NCBI RefSeq assembly: GCF_009914755.1
Contig: NC_060928.1
Direction: 5' to 3' (one strand)
DNA from: the human T2T-CHM13v2.0 reference genome, Homo sapiens
Length of the DNA stretch: 64,000 nucleotides
Numbering within the stretch: the first letter of the stretch is position 1; each line of letters begins with the position of its first letter. The notes beneath the pieces are model-generated. The model did not search any database. It worked only from the letters and a program-made list of their open reading frames with translations, and was not told the origin of the DNA. Made by a program: the position numbers and the translations under genes. This document shows positions 42,670 to 56,549 of the stretch, one piece after another.

Positions 42670-43134
42670 TTAAAAATCTGTGTTTCTATGAAAACACAAC
42701 TTACGTACCTTGTTCCCCATTACTCTTTGTACCTGCCTTTCTATTATTCTCTCCATTCCTCTTATTTATTCTTTTGTTCCTCTTCCTTTTGCGTTTTTCA
42801 ATGTCATGGGAAAGTGAAGTGTGCAGTCTACCCTAGATTTTCTTGTAATTGTCAAATCTCTCTTTCTAACTCTTTTTAGAACCTTTTTTTGAACACTTTT
42901 TCATTGTAGATAAATTCCCCCCACAGTTCCTTAATATTTTCTGCAGACAGACTTAACTGCATTATAACTCTGCATTGAGGACACCTCTTCCATTCCATCT
43001 TCCTCCGATTGAAGCAGCTCATTTTCTCATCTCCCATGAGCAACAAGACCAAGAAATGTTTTTCCTTCTCTATATTCCACATTGCCTATATCATATTATT
43101 ACTGTGTCATCCTTATGCAAAGATTCAAGACACC

Positions 43135-43230
43135 ATGGTGGTTGAAACCGAAGGCTCTAGAGCCAAATTTCCTAAATCTAAATCCTAACTCTGGCACTTA
43201 CTAGCTGTGTGACTTCAAGCAAGTGATAAA
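43135..43230 (+). mobile_element. MIR 5' part
   Basis: ggctctagagcca...aaatcctaactctggcacttactagctgtgtgacttcaagcaagt. Confidence 0.8.
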
Positions 43231-43242
43231 ATCTATACATCT

Positions 43243-43422
43243 TTAGCTGGGTGTGATGGTGTGCATCTGTAGTCTCAGCTGCTTGGAAGGCTGAGGCATG
43301 ACAATCACTTGAACCCAGGAGACGATGGTTGCAGAGATCGTGCCACTGCACTCCAGCCTGGGTGACAGAGTGAGACCCTGTCTCAAAAAAAAAAAAAAAA
43401 AGAAAAAAGAAAAAAGAAAAAG
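43243..43422 (+). mobile_element. Alu right monomer (5'-truncated) inserted in MIR
   Basis: TSD atctatacatct at 43231-43242 and 43423-43434. Confidence 0.9.
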
Positions 43423-43899
43423 ATCTATACATCTATGTCAATGACTCATCCAAACACCCAGAATATGCCTGCATCTCCTCAATTTCAGTTACCTTAATTT
43501 CCACTTACTCCTAATACTAACCCTAAATCTTGTCAGTTTTGCTCCCCTTCAAAAAAATTTTTTATACCCATATGTTTTCTAATAATTAAATATCTCCAGT
43601 CCTTTGTTATTATGATTTTCTTCCAGTCTTTAAATCCCTTCCTACTTTCTCATCCATGCCTACTCACATGGTTGGAAACTTCTGTTTGAAGAAATATATG
43701 TATATTTTTTTCTACTGGTCACATTGATCTGCTAGAAACTTTAATTTTTTACTGTATGGGTCCAGCTCATTTGTTTCTAAATTTTGACTATTGTTGATTC
43801 ATGGTTCTTAACTTTGCCAGTCAACTTTTCTATTATTTAGATAGCATCTCTGTCACTTATCTCAACGAATTTTCTAAGCTCCAGCTCACCTCCCCCAGT

Positions 43900-45125
43900 G
43901 CTCTCCTCCTTCTCATCATTATCTTTACTCCTACTCCATTGAGGAAAGTAATCTCATCAGCTATAATCTCTCTGAACTTTCTGACCTCCTATCTGGAAAC
44001 ATGTTTATATTCATACCCATCTTTCTTCAATTTGTCCAATTTTATGGAAAGTCCTTTAAAAGTCAAGTCTTCACTTGTATCTTGATCTCATCCCTCCCTA
44101 CCTCTGTCAGATTTGTTTCCATCAATTATCCCTTCTCTCTTTTTCCTTCTTTAGCCTATAAATATAATTAAGTTTCTGCTATTATAAAACATTTTTATCT
44201 TATCCTGAATTTACCTCTTGATATCCCTTTCATTGTCCTCCTCTCCTCACCCAAATTTTTCAAAGAGTAGTCTACAATTTGATTTTTAATTTCTTCTACA
44301 ATCATTTACTTTTCAACTCATTGCAAACCAGCCTCAGTCCTTACAATTCTAAATAAAGTCATTACTGTCTGACTAAATGCCAAATCCAAAGAACATTTCA
44401 GTCTTTTTTTAACTGCATTTAATGCTATTGAGCACCATCATTTGACACTGCTGATTATTTCTTCCTACTGCTGATTTCTATGGCAGCTCACATTTATGTG
44501 ATTTTTGTACCTCTCTGATCACTCCCAACCTCTCCAATTTTTTGAGCCTTTATCTCCACCAACCTCTTTATTAATGGTATTCTATAAGCTTCCATTCTTG
44601 GGCCCTTCCTTTTTCAGTCTGTATATTCTTGTAGGTGATAGTATGGCTACAATTAATTCTATTTATTCCAAATCTATATGGCTAGTTCAATCTTCTCCCA
44701 AGTTTTCAGACATATTTCCAGTGGTCTGGTGGACATTTCCATTTAGTTTTCAAAAAGGTGCTACAAATTTAACGTGTTCAAATTGAACTTACCTTTACTT
44801 GCTCTTCCACCTACACAACCTGACCTTGTGTTCTCTATTTCAGGTGATGGAAAAATCATGCTATTTAATAAGTTATCTAATGCTGCTGATTTTAGTTATT
44901 ACTTCATAAATCTCTCCCCTTATTTCCAACCATCTCTACTTTGGCTCCAGCCTTAACGTTTTTCACTTAGATCACTGCAATAGCATTCTAACTAGTTTCT
45001 CTATCTCTAATTTCATCCCCTCTAAATCCATCCTAGAAATTACCAAAATGAAGTATCTTAAAATCAAATTTGAGCACTTTATTCCCTTGCTTAAAAACCT
45101 TTTAGTGAGTAAGGATAAGGAACTA
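43900..45125 (+). mobile_element. Old L2 relic
   Basis: tgccaaatccaa, tttgacactgctga, cctctctgatcactc and aatccatcc motifs. Confidence 0.6.
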
Positions 45126-45372
45126 GTCCTACCAGATAGTAAAACACACAAAAAAGTACAGTAATTAAAGGGGTATAGCACTGGCATAGGAATAGATAGA
45201 CTAATGAGACGGAACAGAGTGCCCCTCCAAAGTTTCCCTCCCCAAAAATCATTTTAGTTGAAATGAAGTTACAAACAAAGCTCAAAAATATGCGAAGAAA
45301 TTTCCAGATAAGACAGCTAATAGATGGGACTGGATGCTGCCTGGCTCTTCTTTACTCTAATATAGTATTTTG

Positions 45373-46288
45373 TTTTTCTTTTTTTTTATTATACTTTAAG
45401 TTTTAGGGTACATGTGCACATTGTGCAGGTTAGTTACATATGTATACATGTGCCATGCTGGTGCGCTGCACCCACTAACTCGTCATCTAGCCTTAGGTAT
45501 ATCTCCCAATGCTATCCCTCCCCGCTCCCCCCACCCCACCACAGTCCCCAGAGTGTGATATTCCCCTTCATGTGTCCATGTGATCTCATTGTTCAATTCC
45601 CACCTATGAGTGAGAATATGTGGTGTTTGGTTTTTTGTTCTTGCGATAGTTTACTGAGAATGATGATTTCCAATTTCATCCATGTCCCTACAAAGGACAT
45701 GAACTCATCATTTTTTATGGCTGCATAGTATTCCATGGTGTATATGTGCCACATTTTCTTAATCCAGTCTATCATTGTTGGACATTTGGGTTGGTTCCAA
45801 GTCTTTGCTATTGTGAATAATGCCACAATAAACATACGTGTGCATGTGTCTTTATAGCAGCATGATTTATAGTCCTTTGGGTATATACCCAGTAATGGGA
45901 TGGCTGGGTCAAATGGTATTTCTAGTTCTAGATCCCTGAGGAATCGCCACACTGACTTCCACAATGGTTGAACCAGTTTACAGTCCCACCAACAGTGTAA
46001 AAGTGTTCCTATTTCTCCACATCCTCTCCAGCAGCTGTTGTTTCCTGACTTTTTAATGATTGCCATTCTAACTGGTGTGAGATGATATCTCATAGTGGTT
46101 TTGATTTGCATTTCTCTGATGGCCAGTGATGATGAGCATTTTTTCATGTGTTTTTTGGCTGCATAAATGTCTTCTTTTGAGACGTGTCTGTTCATGTCCT
46201 TCGCCCACTTTTTGATGGGGTTGTTTTTTTCTTGTAAATTTGTTTGAGTTCATTGTAGATTCTGGATATTAGCCCTTTGTCAGATGAG
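45373..46288 (-). mobile_element. 5'-truncated L1PA2 (~0.9 kb) encoding the C-terminal 200 aa of ORF2p (45593-46195)
   Basis: ORF contains [16 protein letters not shown] and ends FSLIGGN; 3'UTR has the GAG diagnostic (aactcgtcatc on +) rather than ACA/ACG; TSD tagtattttg at 45363-45372 and 46289-46298. Confidence 0.95.
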
Positions 46289-47840
46289 TAGTATTTTGAT
46301 TTCTAAATCTTGAGAAGTACCCAAATCAAGCTCTCAAAATTAAGTTTAGTGGCTGAAAAGCCAGAACATTATTGTTTGACTGTTTAGTAGAGAAGCATAG
46401 CAAGTCTCATCAGCCTGTTGGCAAAGCTGTATTTCTCATTGTGGAAGTTGATTCTTTAAATCTTCGACCAAGCAAAGGGAGAATATTGGGGCTATTACTT
46501 AGCTAATCATAAAACAAATCCTTAGAATCCCCTCATGCACAGAAGTTCTCAAACAGTTGCACGTTACAAGGGTTTCATTAAAGGAGAAGCATGCTGTTTC
46601 CCTGAGGAGTTATTTACTTTGCAATTAATAAAAAATAAATCATCTCTTTCTGAAATGTTCCTTTGAGGATTAAATTTTAATTCATCCATTCTTTCATTTA
46701 GCCAATGTTTACTAAACAAATACTTATGTGTCAGGAATTGTAGAGACAATAAAAGATTATTTAAAGCACAATCATTATCACCAAAAGAATCTCCAATTTG
46801 GATTGTGGAGTTTCTTCTTTCTATTCCATATATAGGTTGTATACCTATATTTGACCTTCTCAAATAGCACAAAAGTATTTTAAGATTATTTTAGGCTGCT
46901 AGTTTTAAGCTGTTAATATTTTATTTATTTTTAGCAAGCTAATTTTTTGTAACTGTGCTCTGGGACAATTCAAAAAGTAATATAAATGCACAGTGGCCAT
47001 GTATTATTGCTATAAAGGCAGTAAAAATGGGAAAGGAAGTTCTACAGCTCACTTTTCAATTATTTATTTAGTAAACAATAAAAAAAGTATAAAAGCAGCC
47101 AGGACTATATTAGCAAAAGATGGGGCAGTAGGAAATAAAGACTTGGAAAATTTAAAAGAACAAAAATGAATGTCATTCACAGCCATTACAGACTTCAGTA
47201 AAAAAGTTAGTGAATTATTAATTAATGTCATTAAGTTAATTGTGCCAATGTTTGACAGCAGTGTGAAATGAATCATGGAAAGTTTTAGAAAAACAAAACT
47301 TTAATAACCTTTTGTAGCACATCCATTGCATTTGGACTCAGTAGTCTCATTATCGAAGAGATTATTCCAAGGTAATATTTTAAATGCTCTTTTAAAAACT
47401 AGACATGTAGTTTAAAATAAAATAAAGTTGCATGATTATTTTAGTTAAAAGTGCAAAACTCCAATAGGAAGTTTTTATCTTGTCTTATTTTCATTATGAT
47501 AGAAATAATGACCTCTGCCATGAATTATATGTCCTTAGAATGCATTTAATAAATGTAACCGTGAATGTAGTAGTAAAGACAGTGTCAATATTTTTGAGAA
47601 ACTTCTTTGCTTTAGTGATTTTCATGATGACTTGTATATCAGGTTGTATGCAGTACATATATAGATTCTTTTTAAGTCAACCAACTAGCTCACTTTTCAC
47701 AAAGTTAGACAAGAAAGGGTATCTGTAAATTCTCAGTAGCTATTGACTTCTACCAGAGTTATGACAATAATGTGGAGAATAATGCAATCTTGTGTACATG
47801 TAGATTTTTTACTGATACCATGTGTAAAAATGTGAGGCTA

Positions 47841-48060
47841 AGCCTAGGTATTAACAACATAGTGAGACCTCCTCTCTACAAAAATAATAATAATAATAAT
47901 AATTAGCCAGGCACAATTGCGCACACCTATAGTCCCCACTACTCAGAAGGCTGAGATGGAAGGATCACTTGAGTCCACGAAGTTGAGGCTGCAGTGAGTT
48001 ATGAGTGCACCACTGCACTCCAGCCTAGGTGACAGAATGAGACCCTGGCTCTTAAAAAAA
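47841..48060 (+). mobile_element. 5'-truncated AluJ (Jo-like) with (TAA)n linker
   Basis: aacatagtgagacc, aggatcacttgag, gaggctgcagtgag; degenerate TSD aatgtg(a/g)ggcta. Confidence 0.9.
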
Positions 48061-48304
48061 CAATGTGGGGCTAGACCTATAAGAAAACATGTGATTTCAA
48101 CTTCTATTTGAATGACATGGCTTCAGAAAGCCAGATCTGAAACTGGTCACCCAGTGCCAAGTTATTCCTAAACAAACCAATGTTTCATTTTACTTTGCTT
48201 CAAAATATGGCTCAGAATTTGCCTTTTCCTCTACCTAACTGCACTACATGTGGCAAACATTTTGGCACAACCACACTCCATACCTTATCTCTAAAGGTCA
48301 CTTT

Positions 48305-48603
<299 letters not shown>

Positions 48604-49072
48604 TCTAAAGGTCACTTTCAAAGCATAGGAATTATAACAAAAATCTACCTTTGCAGAAAAAAAAGTTGAGTTAATAATTGAATTATTCTGATAAACAATT
48701 ATTTCAAACATTTATTTTAGTGATAGAAATCTGGCTATTTTATTGGTAATAAAACTACTAAATAAGACCATGTTTTTCTTACATTTCCATTTTTATGTAT
48801 ATTGGAGGTAAAGATATAGGTTACAGGGGAAATGAACATGTGACATTAAACATGTTGTTGAATTTATCTGATTCTCAAAGGGTAAAGTTGTGACTGTTTT
48901 TCATAGAGCTGCAATTAGTGGAATAGGAATTGATATGTAAAAGGCCAAATTCTACAGTTTATTCATCACATAATATTGCCACTATTGCCTACCTATTCTA
49001 AGTTGGTTAGGTGAAAGCTAGAAAAACTTCCAAGTCTGCAAGCCAATCAGAGAAATTTTGGTTTGTAAATTA

Positions 49073-49238
49073 CATGGCTATTTTGAAAATATAAAGATAA
49101 TATAAGCTATAACTAAATTCTTGATTAAATTTCATGGCTATTTTGAAAATATTTTGAAAAATTCTTGATTAAATTTCATGGCTATTTTGAAAATGTAAAG
49201 ATAATGTAAACTATAACTTTAAATTCTTGATTAAATTT
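49073..49238. repeat. Three-unit AT-rich minisatellite (60, 44 and 62 bp)
   Basis: catggctattttgaaaat...aaattcttgattaaattt starts at 49073, 49133 and 49177. Confidence 0.92.
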
Positions 49239-51269
49239 CCTGAGACCTACAAATTATTGAGCATCTACTATAAGCAAAGAAGTACTGTTCTGGGCTGTCC
49301 TTAGGTACCTCACAGTCTGGTTGGATGAAAGAGAATATCAAACACTTTAAAGGGGGTAGCAGTTACTTGAACAGTGAGCCCTCATGTTGGCTATCATGAG
49401 AAGAAAGATTAAATAATGATTGTCATAAATGGCACTGTATGTGGATCAGAATTATCTTCATGTTTTCAATGTTGGAAACAGATTATTTGTGTTTTTAAGG
49501 TTCTCCTCCTAGAAGTTAGATACTGTCCAGAAATATTCAGCTGATAGATTCAGTGATAAGAGGTTACATTCTGCTTAACATATTTTCAAGTGACATTTAA
49601 AATGTCTATCCTGCCAACCTTGCTCAGTATTAGAGTAACTAAAAACTGTTCATATCATAAATGAAAAAAATAACAAAGAGGTTCTTATTTCTACCATTTT
49701 AGATGATGCTCAAATGGCCATGTCACACTAGGACACTGTCAAAAAGTACAAATTTTGACAAATAAATCAGAGTAAAAACCCACATTATGACAATAAAACA
49801 ACATTAGATTTCTTTCTTCATTCAACTGTAATTTTGACATCATTGTTTATTTGATTCTTTGCAAACTATGTTAAGATTTATGACTACTAAGCAATTTTAT
49901 ATGGCTCTTGCAACTAATTGAAATTCTGCATTTCTCACAGATGAAATTATCCTCTTAAAATTGATCAAATTATAATTACTTTGATTTTGAGATTGAAATT
50001 GGGGGGTAGGTAAGTGAATATGAAACTCTAATTTAGTTAATATAGGCAGCTCTCATTCTTGGCCTTCAAATGGTGAATTTTGAGTAAATGGCAATAACTG
50101 GCATGTATTAGATTTTGAGATTATTTCCTGGGGAACTATTTTACTACATAGAATAGTTTACTTGTGTCCTACCACTTGTTAACACTGATAAAACTCACAA
50201 GTGCTAGAGAATAGTAATTATATTATCTAATGATATTTTTAATCTTACTGCTCACTCCTCCCTCCTCTGCCCCTCCCTATTTTTTAAAAAACTGCTGTTT
50301 AGAGCTGAGACAGGGTTAGACTAAGAATGACACATCCCAGCTAATGTTCCAGGTTTTTATAACTAAATTGCTCTTGCTTAGATTACCAAGAGGGTTTGGT
50401 TGTGGTCAAATCATGTATAGTCAATTCACTTAATATTTTTCTTCCTTGATATAGATTAACTTCTATCTGTTGGAAGCAAAGTAGAAACTTGCCTGTGTTC
50501 TCAGCTATTTAGAAACTTCACTAAGAAAGTTTCACAATAGCTTAGTTTTATTTATTTAAATTGTATGTACTATAACATTAAAGTTGAGAAATGTTTTATA
50601 CTCATGAAATTTCAAGTATGACTTTATGATCTGACAGTAACATAAATGAACACATTTTGAAAAGAACAAAAAATTAAAATGTCTTAATCATAAAGAGATT
50701 AAACATATTTTCTTTAAAGTTTCTGATGAGGTATGGCTCCCACATTTCATTAAAAAGGGGGATGGGAAGCAAAGGAGGTTGACAGTTGGTTGATGTGTAT
50801 GTCTAGCTACTAAATCATTGCATTCATGCTAAGACCTCCCATGTGCTCCCATTAAATCCCATCTAGCTCATGAGGTAATATATGTACTGTAGCCTATGGC
50901 TGGGTTATAGCTTTTTTCTTTCCTATTGAATTCATACAAACTCATAGTCCTCTAGGCTTTCCTTTTAAAGTTTCATATGTAATATGGATAGATTTCAAAA
51001 ATCAAAATGTTGGGGTAAAATAAAGCTATAGAAAGATATTTACAGTGTGATATAACACTATACATATTTAAATAAAATTATATTTTTAAATACACACAGA
51101 ACTTATAATAGTGGTCTCGGGGGAAGATGGGACTGAGGTTGGTTGTCAAAGGGAACTTTAACTTCATGTGTAAAATATTTATTCTTTTTAAGGCATGAAA
51201 TCTCCATTGATTTGGGAAACGTGCAGTGTATATAGTATCCTTTGAACTTCTCTGTAGTCTTTGAAATAT

Positions 51270-51525
51270 GATAGAGTAGTGGCTAAATATACAGAATCTG
51301 GAGAGACGCTACGTGGATTTAAATCTGCCACTTACTACATGACCATGAGCAAGTTACCTAACCATCCAGTAGTACCTCATCTTTCTAATCTGCAAAATGG
51401 TGTTTATAATAAACAGTACTCACCTTATTGGCTTGTTGTGAGATGTAAATGGGATAATGCCGGAAAAGTGCTTAAAACATAGAAAGTGCTTAGAACGGAG
51501 CAAGTATTCAAGACATTATAATGAG
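51270..51525 (+). mobile_element. MIR, near full length
   Basis: ctgccacttacta...gcaagttacctaacc...ctgcaaaatgg...ttgttgtgagatgtaaatg...aaagtgcttagaac. Confidence 0.85.
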
Positions 51526-53784
51526 TAATTAATTTTATAAATACCTCAAAAATTTTTTGAGAGCAGTGTGTCTTTAATTAAAATAACTTCTCCAAAATAG
51601 ATGTTACTGAAAACATACAAAAGCAATGTATACATGAAACAATTAAAACATGTTTAATCATTTAATGAAGCTACAGAACTGCAACTTCAGTAAAATGTTT
51701 CCTTTTTTTTTTCATTCCAGGTATTAGGAGGCCACTTCCTTCCAATTCACTATCCAGCTTTCCACTTATTCTCTAGGACTATCAGTAATTCAACTGTCTG
51801 ATCTTTCTCTCTTCTATTTTTACATCTTTCTTTTTAGTTCTGAATCTACATAGCACAACCCAAATAGTTTTGACAGCAAGTATGCATTTCTTCCTTTAGC
51901 GACAGTAGCTTTAGTATTAACTGAAAGGCAGGGTGGATAATGTGACACGCGCTTTACTTTCAGCAGACTTGTTAATATCAGCTCTGAATTTTTCATGACG
52001 GCTTTGGTAACCTGTAGCCTGGAGTTGAAGCTCTGGGGGTTTCCACCACAAAGAGGTGGATCAGCTGAGCTCTCACTTCCCATCTGGCACTGGGTGACAG
52101 GGACAGTCAGGGGGACTGCAGGAAACCTGAAGAAGGAGAAAGCTGATGTGGGACACCCATTGTCGTGCATAAAAGGCTAAACATGTGCTGTTGTGTGGAT
52201 ATATCTTTGAGACACTTGTTTATCACTGGCTTCAGAATATAGTTAGTCAATGTGTTTAACTTTATAGTCACAAGAACAGCTGCCGCTCGTGTAAGTAATA
52301 CCCTCATACACAGTGGCATCCTGATTCGCCAAACCAGATTCAGGACCTCTCCTCAGTGACTATATTATGCTGCCTGGCATGCTTCTTATTTACCCACAGA
52401 GGCAGGCATACACGTGCAGGCACACACACGGACACACACCGTACAGTTTCGGAACTGTTTGAAATTGTAAACCATTTATGCTGCTTCCCAAAGGTAACAA
52501 AATGATCCGAAGGTTCTCACAAATGCTGTAATTTATATCTGAAAATCCAAAAGAGAGAGTTGTGGGGATGGGAGACCCAAATATGTTTATACGAGAAAAG
52601 TCAGAAATTATGAAATAGTGTTTTTAAAAAAAAAAAAAAGAAAAGAAAAAATGAGCATTTACCTTTTTGAGATCTTATGGTTCTACTACTTTTTACTAAA
52701 ATGTTTAGTTGCCTTCCTATTTGTGGGAAGTTGAATCACTATATACTTGATTTTATTTTTAATAACTGTAGCAATTGGGAATCACTCTACACACACCCAA
52801 ACTACAATTCTTGGAACCAGGAAGGCGTTCTCTTAATTGCACCGTTCTATTGTCTCACCCTTTGTCTCTGTTCTGCCAAGAAAGAAGTTAAGTAAATAAT
52901 TCTTAGTTTGTACTTGAAAAAAATAATTTTGTAGAGTTAGAAAATTACTCCAGCACTGAGTGAAAAAAAACAAAAAAAAAGAGACTATGTATGTTTCTAC
53001 TATAATGTTTTGCAATTTTCCATCAGTGGAAAGAACTAGACCAATTTATAAAACTAATTCTTACTTTTATTTTCTTCTTGAATTGTCTGTTTTCAATTTG
53101 CCACTTAAATATACAGTCCCCTGACTTTGAGATACATTTCATTGTTGCTTTGGGAGGGGCTGTCAATTTTAAAAGCTCATTAACTAATGTTCAGATTTTT
53201 GAAAGATCTACCAGAAGGTTGACTTTCAGTATAAAAATTGTATTAAAACAGTATAACAAGGTATACGTTTACAGCAAAATGATAGTAACCAAACAGTTGT
53301 ACAGATTTTTTACGGCGCAACAGTTAAAATGTTAAGCAATTAACTTTAACTATTAATACAATCATGAACTCAATAACTCAATACACTTTAGAGATAATCT
53401 GACTGACTTGGATGAAACCTATACATAAGAGTGTTCTCATGTTTACTTTGCACAGACCAACCTGTTAATAAGCTTATAAAAGAATTACAGTCGATGATTC
53501 AATAATTTGAAATAATTTGAAGAGTTTTCCCATTATTTTACTGCAAAGAAATAATAACAGGTTTAATCATGGCAACCAACCTATATTTTTTGGTATGGCA
53601 TGTACTCAGCTAGCAAATATCTGTCCCTGAATATTTGCCATATAAAACCCAATAAAGCTCTCCCTGAAATGTACAGGATATAGAGTCTCTCCATTCTCTG
53701 AACCACCACAGTACTTTGTATCTCTCATACACTGGTTATTATTACCTTCTGTATTATGGTTGTTTGGACATAGTCTTCTCTCCA

Positions 53785-54010
53785 AAAAGGACTTCAGGAA
53801 CAGGCTTGAGTTCCAAAGTGCAGTCTACCCCTTAATAGTTCTATCATCTTGGAGACGTTTTTCAGATTCTCAGAACTTTAGCTTCCTCATCTGTAAAATG
53901 GAGGTGATGACATAATATCTATCACACAGCATCGTCACTGGAAATGAATGAGATACAGAGCTCAGAGGCTAGGCAAGAGTCTGACATGTACCTGGATCAC
54001 TAGCATAGCT
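53785..54010 (+). mobile_element. MIR relic
   Basis: agcttcctcatctgtaaaatggaggtgatga. Confidence 0.8.
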
Positions 54011-54039
54011 CCTGTCCCTCCTTCCCCTCATTATAGACT

Positions 54040-54117
54040 AGAGAATATATTTCTTGTATTCTAGAAGTGAATGTATTTTCTAGAAGAGAATATATTTTCT
54101 TGTATTCTAGAAGTGAA
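54040..54117. repeat. Direct duplication of ~32 bp with a short spacer
   Basis: agagaatatattt(t)cttgtattctagaagtgaa at 54040 and 54085. Confidence 0.9.
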
Positions 54118-54274
54118 AGGACAAAGTATAAAAATTTTATTCTATCTTCAACTTCCAAAATTTTTCTTTGCTTCAAGATAAAAGGAGAACTATTTTATAT
54201 GAAAATATTCACATGTAGATTTGAGAACACATATAAATTTTTTCTTATGACTTTTCCCAAATTATATTTTATGT

Positions 54275-54655
54275 AATCACTTAACAATTATTTTTAAAGG
54301 GCAGCTATGTGCCAAATGTTATTCTAAATGCTGAGAATATACAAAGAGGAGCAACCATGGAAATTCCATGCCTTCATAATCTTTACCTTTTAGTTAGAGA
54401 AGAAACAATTTAAAACTATCTAAGATAATAGCAGTTTTTCATTAATGCTATGTAAATCAGAATGAGGAGAAAGGAATATAGAATGATCGGGAGAAAAGAT
54501 TATTATACACAGCATGACCAAGGAAGACTCCCCCCATAGAAGGTGATATTTGAGTGGAGATATAATTGATGGGAAGGAGAAAGCCATGTGAAAGTCTGAG
54601 GAAGAAAATTCCAAGCAGAGGAAAGAGCAAGTGTGAAGTCCCTAAGGCAGCTACA
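54275..54655 (-). mobile_element. L2 3' relic
   Basis: ctatgtgcca...tgctgagaata; aggtgatatttgag; agtccctaaggcag. Confidence 0.75.
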
Positions 54656-54944
54656 TCTTCATTAGGCACTGAATGCACCTTATAACTTCTTCTTATGAAA
54701 ATAAGGTAGCAACTTAGGTCAAATTGGCATCTGTAAACAAACTCTTACATTCTGATGACCATTACCCAAAAGCAAGTACTAAAAAATTTAAACTTTGAAA
54801 AACGTCACGTTATTTAGATACAACTTTCCAAAATCAAATTTCATATTAACTTAGATCTTCATAATATGGCTTTCTGAGAAAATGGAGACTCAAAAGTATA
54901 GTTTTAGTGCACACAAAAAAGTATGTACTCTTGGCTATTATCTC

Positions 54945-55493
54945 TACCTATTTGTTATCTTTGCTAAATAATAAACCACCCCCAAACTTAGCAATTTAAA
55001 ACAATCATTTTATTTTGCTCATGATTTTGTGGATCAGAAATTCTGAAGGGTTTGGTTGGTCAGTTCTCACCTGGAGGTCACTCATGTGGTTGCAATCAGA
55101 TGTAGATAGGGCTGCAGCCATCAAGTCTCACCTTGGCCGTGCATCTAAAATGGCTCACTGCCACCACTGGCACTCAATGCTGGTTGTCAACTGGAAACAC
55201 CATCAACCAGAATACTTATCCATGGCCTCTTGAGCATTGCCTAGGCCTCCTCATAACATGGAGGCCTAAGGATAAATGGAGTTCGTACATGGTAGCTCAC
55301 AGCTCCAAACACAAGTATTCCACTGGTGAAGGTTAAAGCTGCCTTGGAATTCACACAATGCTGCTTCTGCAGCATTGCATTGGTAATAAGCAAGTCTGTA
55401 AGGTCAGCATAGATTCACAAGGAAGAAATAAAGTAGCCACTTTGTGACAGGAAGGTTGTAAAAGATATGTAGACACATTTTAAAACTGCGACA
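54945..55493 (-). mobile_element. MLT1 (F/G/H-like) LTR
   Basis: aaaccacccccaaacttagcaatttaaaacaa...gctcatgattttgtggatcagaaatt. Confidence 0.75.
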
Positions 55494-55629
55494 CTACCCT
55501 CTGTGTGATAGCAGTACATAGATTATTTGAGAGACAATATGGAAATTCTAGATCTTTATTATGAGCTCTTTTAATAGAGTATCACTTAAGTCAATGTAGA
55601 GCTCAAAGCACCTCAAATACCTTGTAGTG

Positions 55630-56189
55630 GATGTGGCAGTTTGCATTATTCAAAAATTGCCATAACAATATCTCTACTCTCACATGCTCTTTCAGAATCT
55701 TCCCTACATGCTCTTTCAGCCACTTCCCTTCCAAGAGATAAAATCTCTGTCTCCTAGCCTTGAAATCAGACAGAACTTTGTGATGGTCTTGACAAACAAA
55801 ATGCAACAGAAGTGGCCTTGCATGACTCCCAAGACTGGTTCCTAAAAGGGGATATGGCTTCCACCTGAGCATCTCTCTTGGGAATGCTCATTTTGAAAAA
55901 CAGTCACCATGTAGTGAGGAAGCCCAAAGTATATGCAGAGGCATGTCAAAATGTTCCAGCCAATGCCCCAGCTAAGGTCTCAGCTGACAGGCAGCATTAG
56001 TTGCAAGCCTTCAAGTGACTTCAGCCCCCAGGCTTTATGTCACCCCCAGATGATGCTGAGTGTAGCAGAGACAAGCTATCTCCTGCCAAGCCTTTCTCCA
56101 ATAAGACTCATGAGCAAATTACTGTTCTTGTTGTTTTAAGTCATTATGTTTTGGAGTGGTTTGTTTTATAGCAAAAGATAACCAGAATA
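55630..56189 (+). mobile_element. MLT1 (F/G-like) LTR
   Basis: ccttgaa...aatgcaacagaagtg; catgtagtgaggaagccca; ttttaagtcattatgttttggagtggtttgtt...gataaccagaata. Confidence 0.78.
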
Positions 56190-56549
56190 AGTGGCTGTTG
56201 TCTAACTTGCTAGGCAGTGTTGCATTTGAAATGAAAAAAGAGATATCTAATTTGCAAATTAATCATTGTCCTCAAGAATAAGGCAGAAAATGCATTTCAG
56301 GTATTTCTTGGAATCTATCAAAATAAAGGCAGATCAGAATGAATATCAATCCATAGATCCCCAGGAGCATATCAACTGTCAAAGAGATCAAGTGTGGTGA
56401 ATTCAGTAGTTTTAAAGTTCTGTGGCATCAACAACAGCATCTTCGAGCAGATTAATCAGAAACATTATGCTATCCACATGGTTAACTTAAGAGAGATGTC
56501 TTTTCTTTGAGGAAGTGTGTGTACAAGATGCAGTTACAGATAACTAATC

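Noticed and set aside
45593-46195. 200-aa ORF as a host gene
   Set aside because: It is the C-terminus of L1 ORF2p in a 5'-truncated L1PA2 with no promoter or RT domain
54945-56189. Two MLT1 LTRs as the ends of one provirus
   Set aside because: Opposite orientations and only ~140 bp apart; independent solo LTRs
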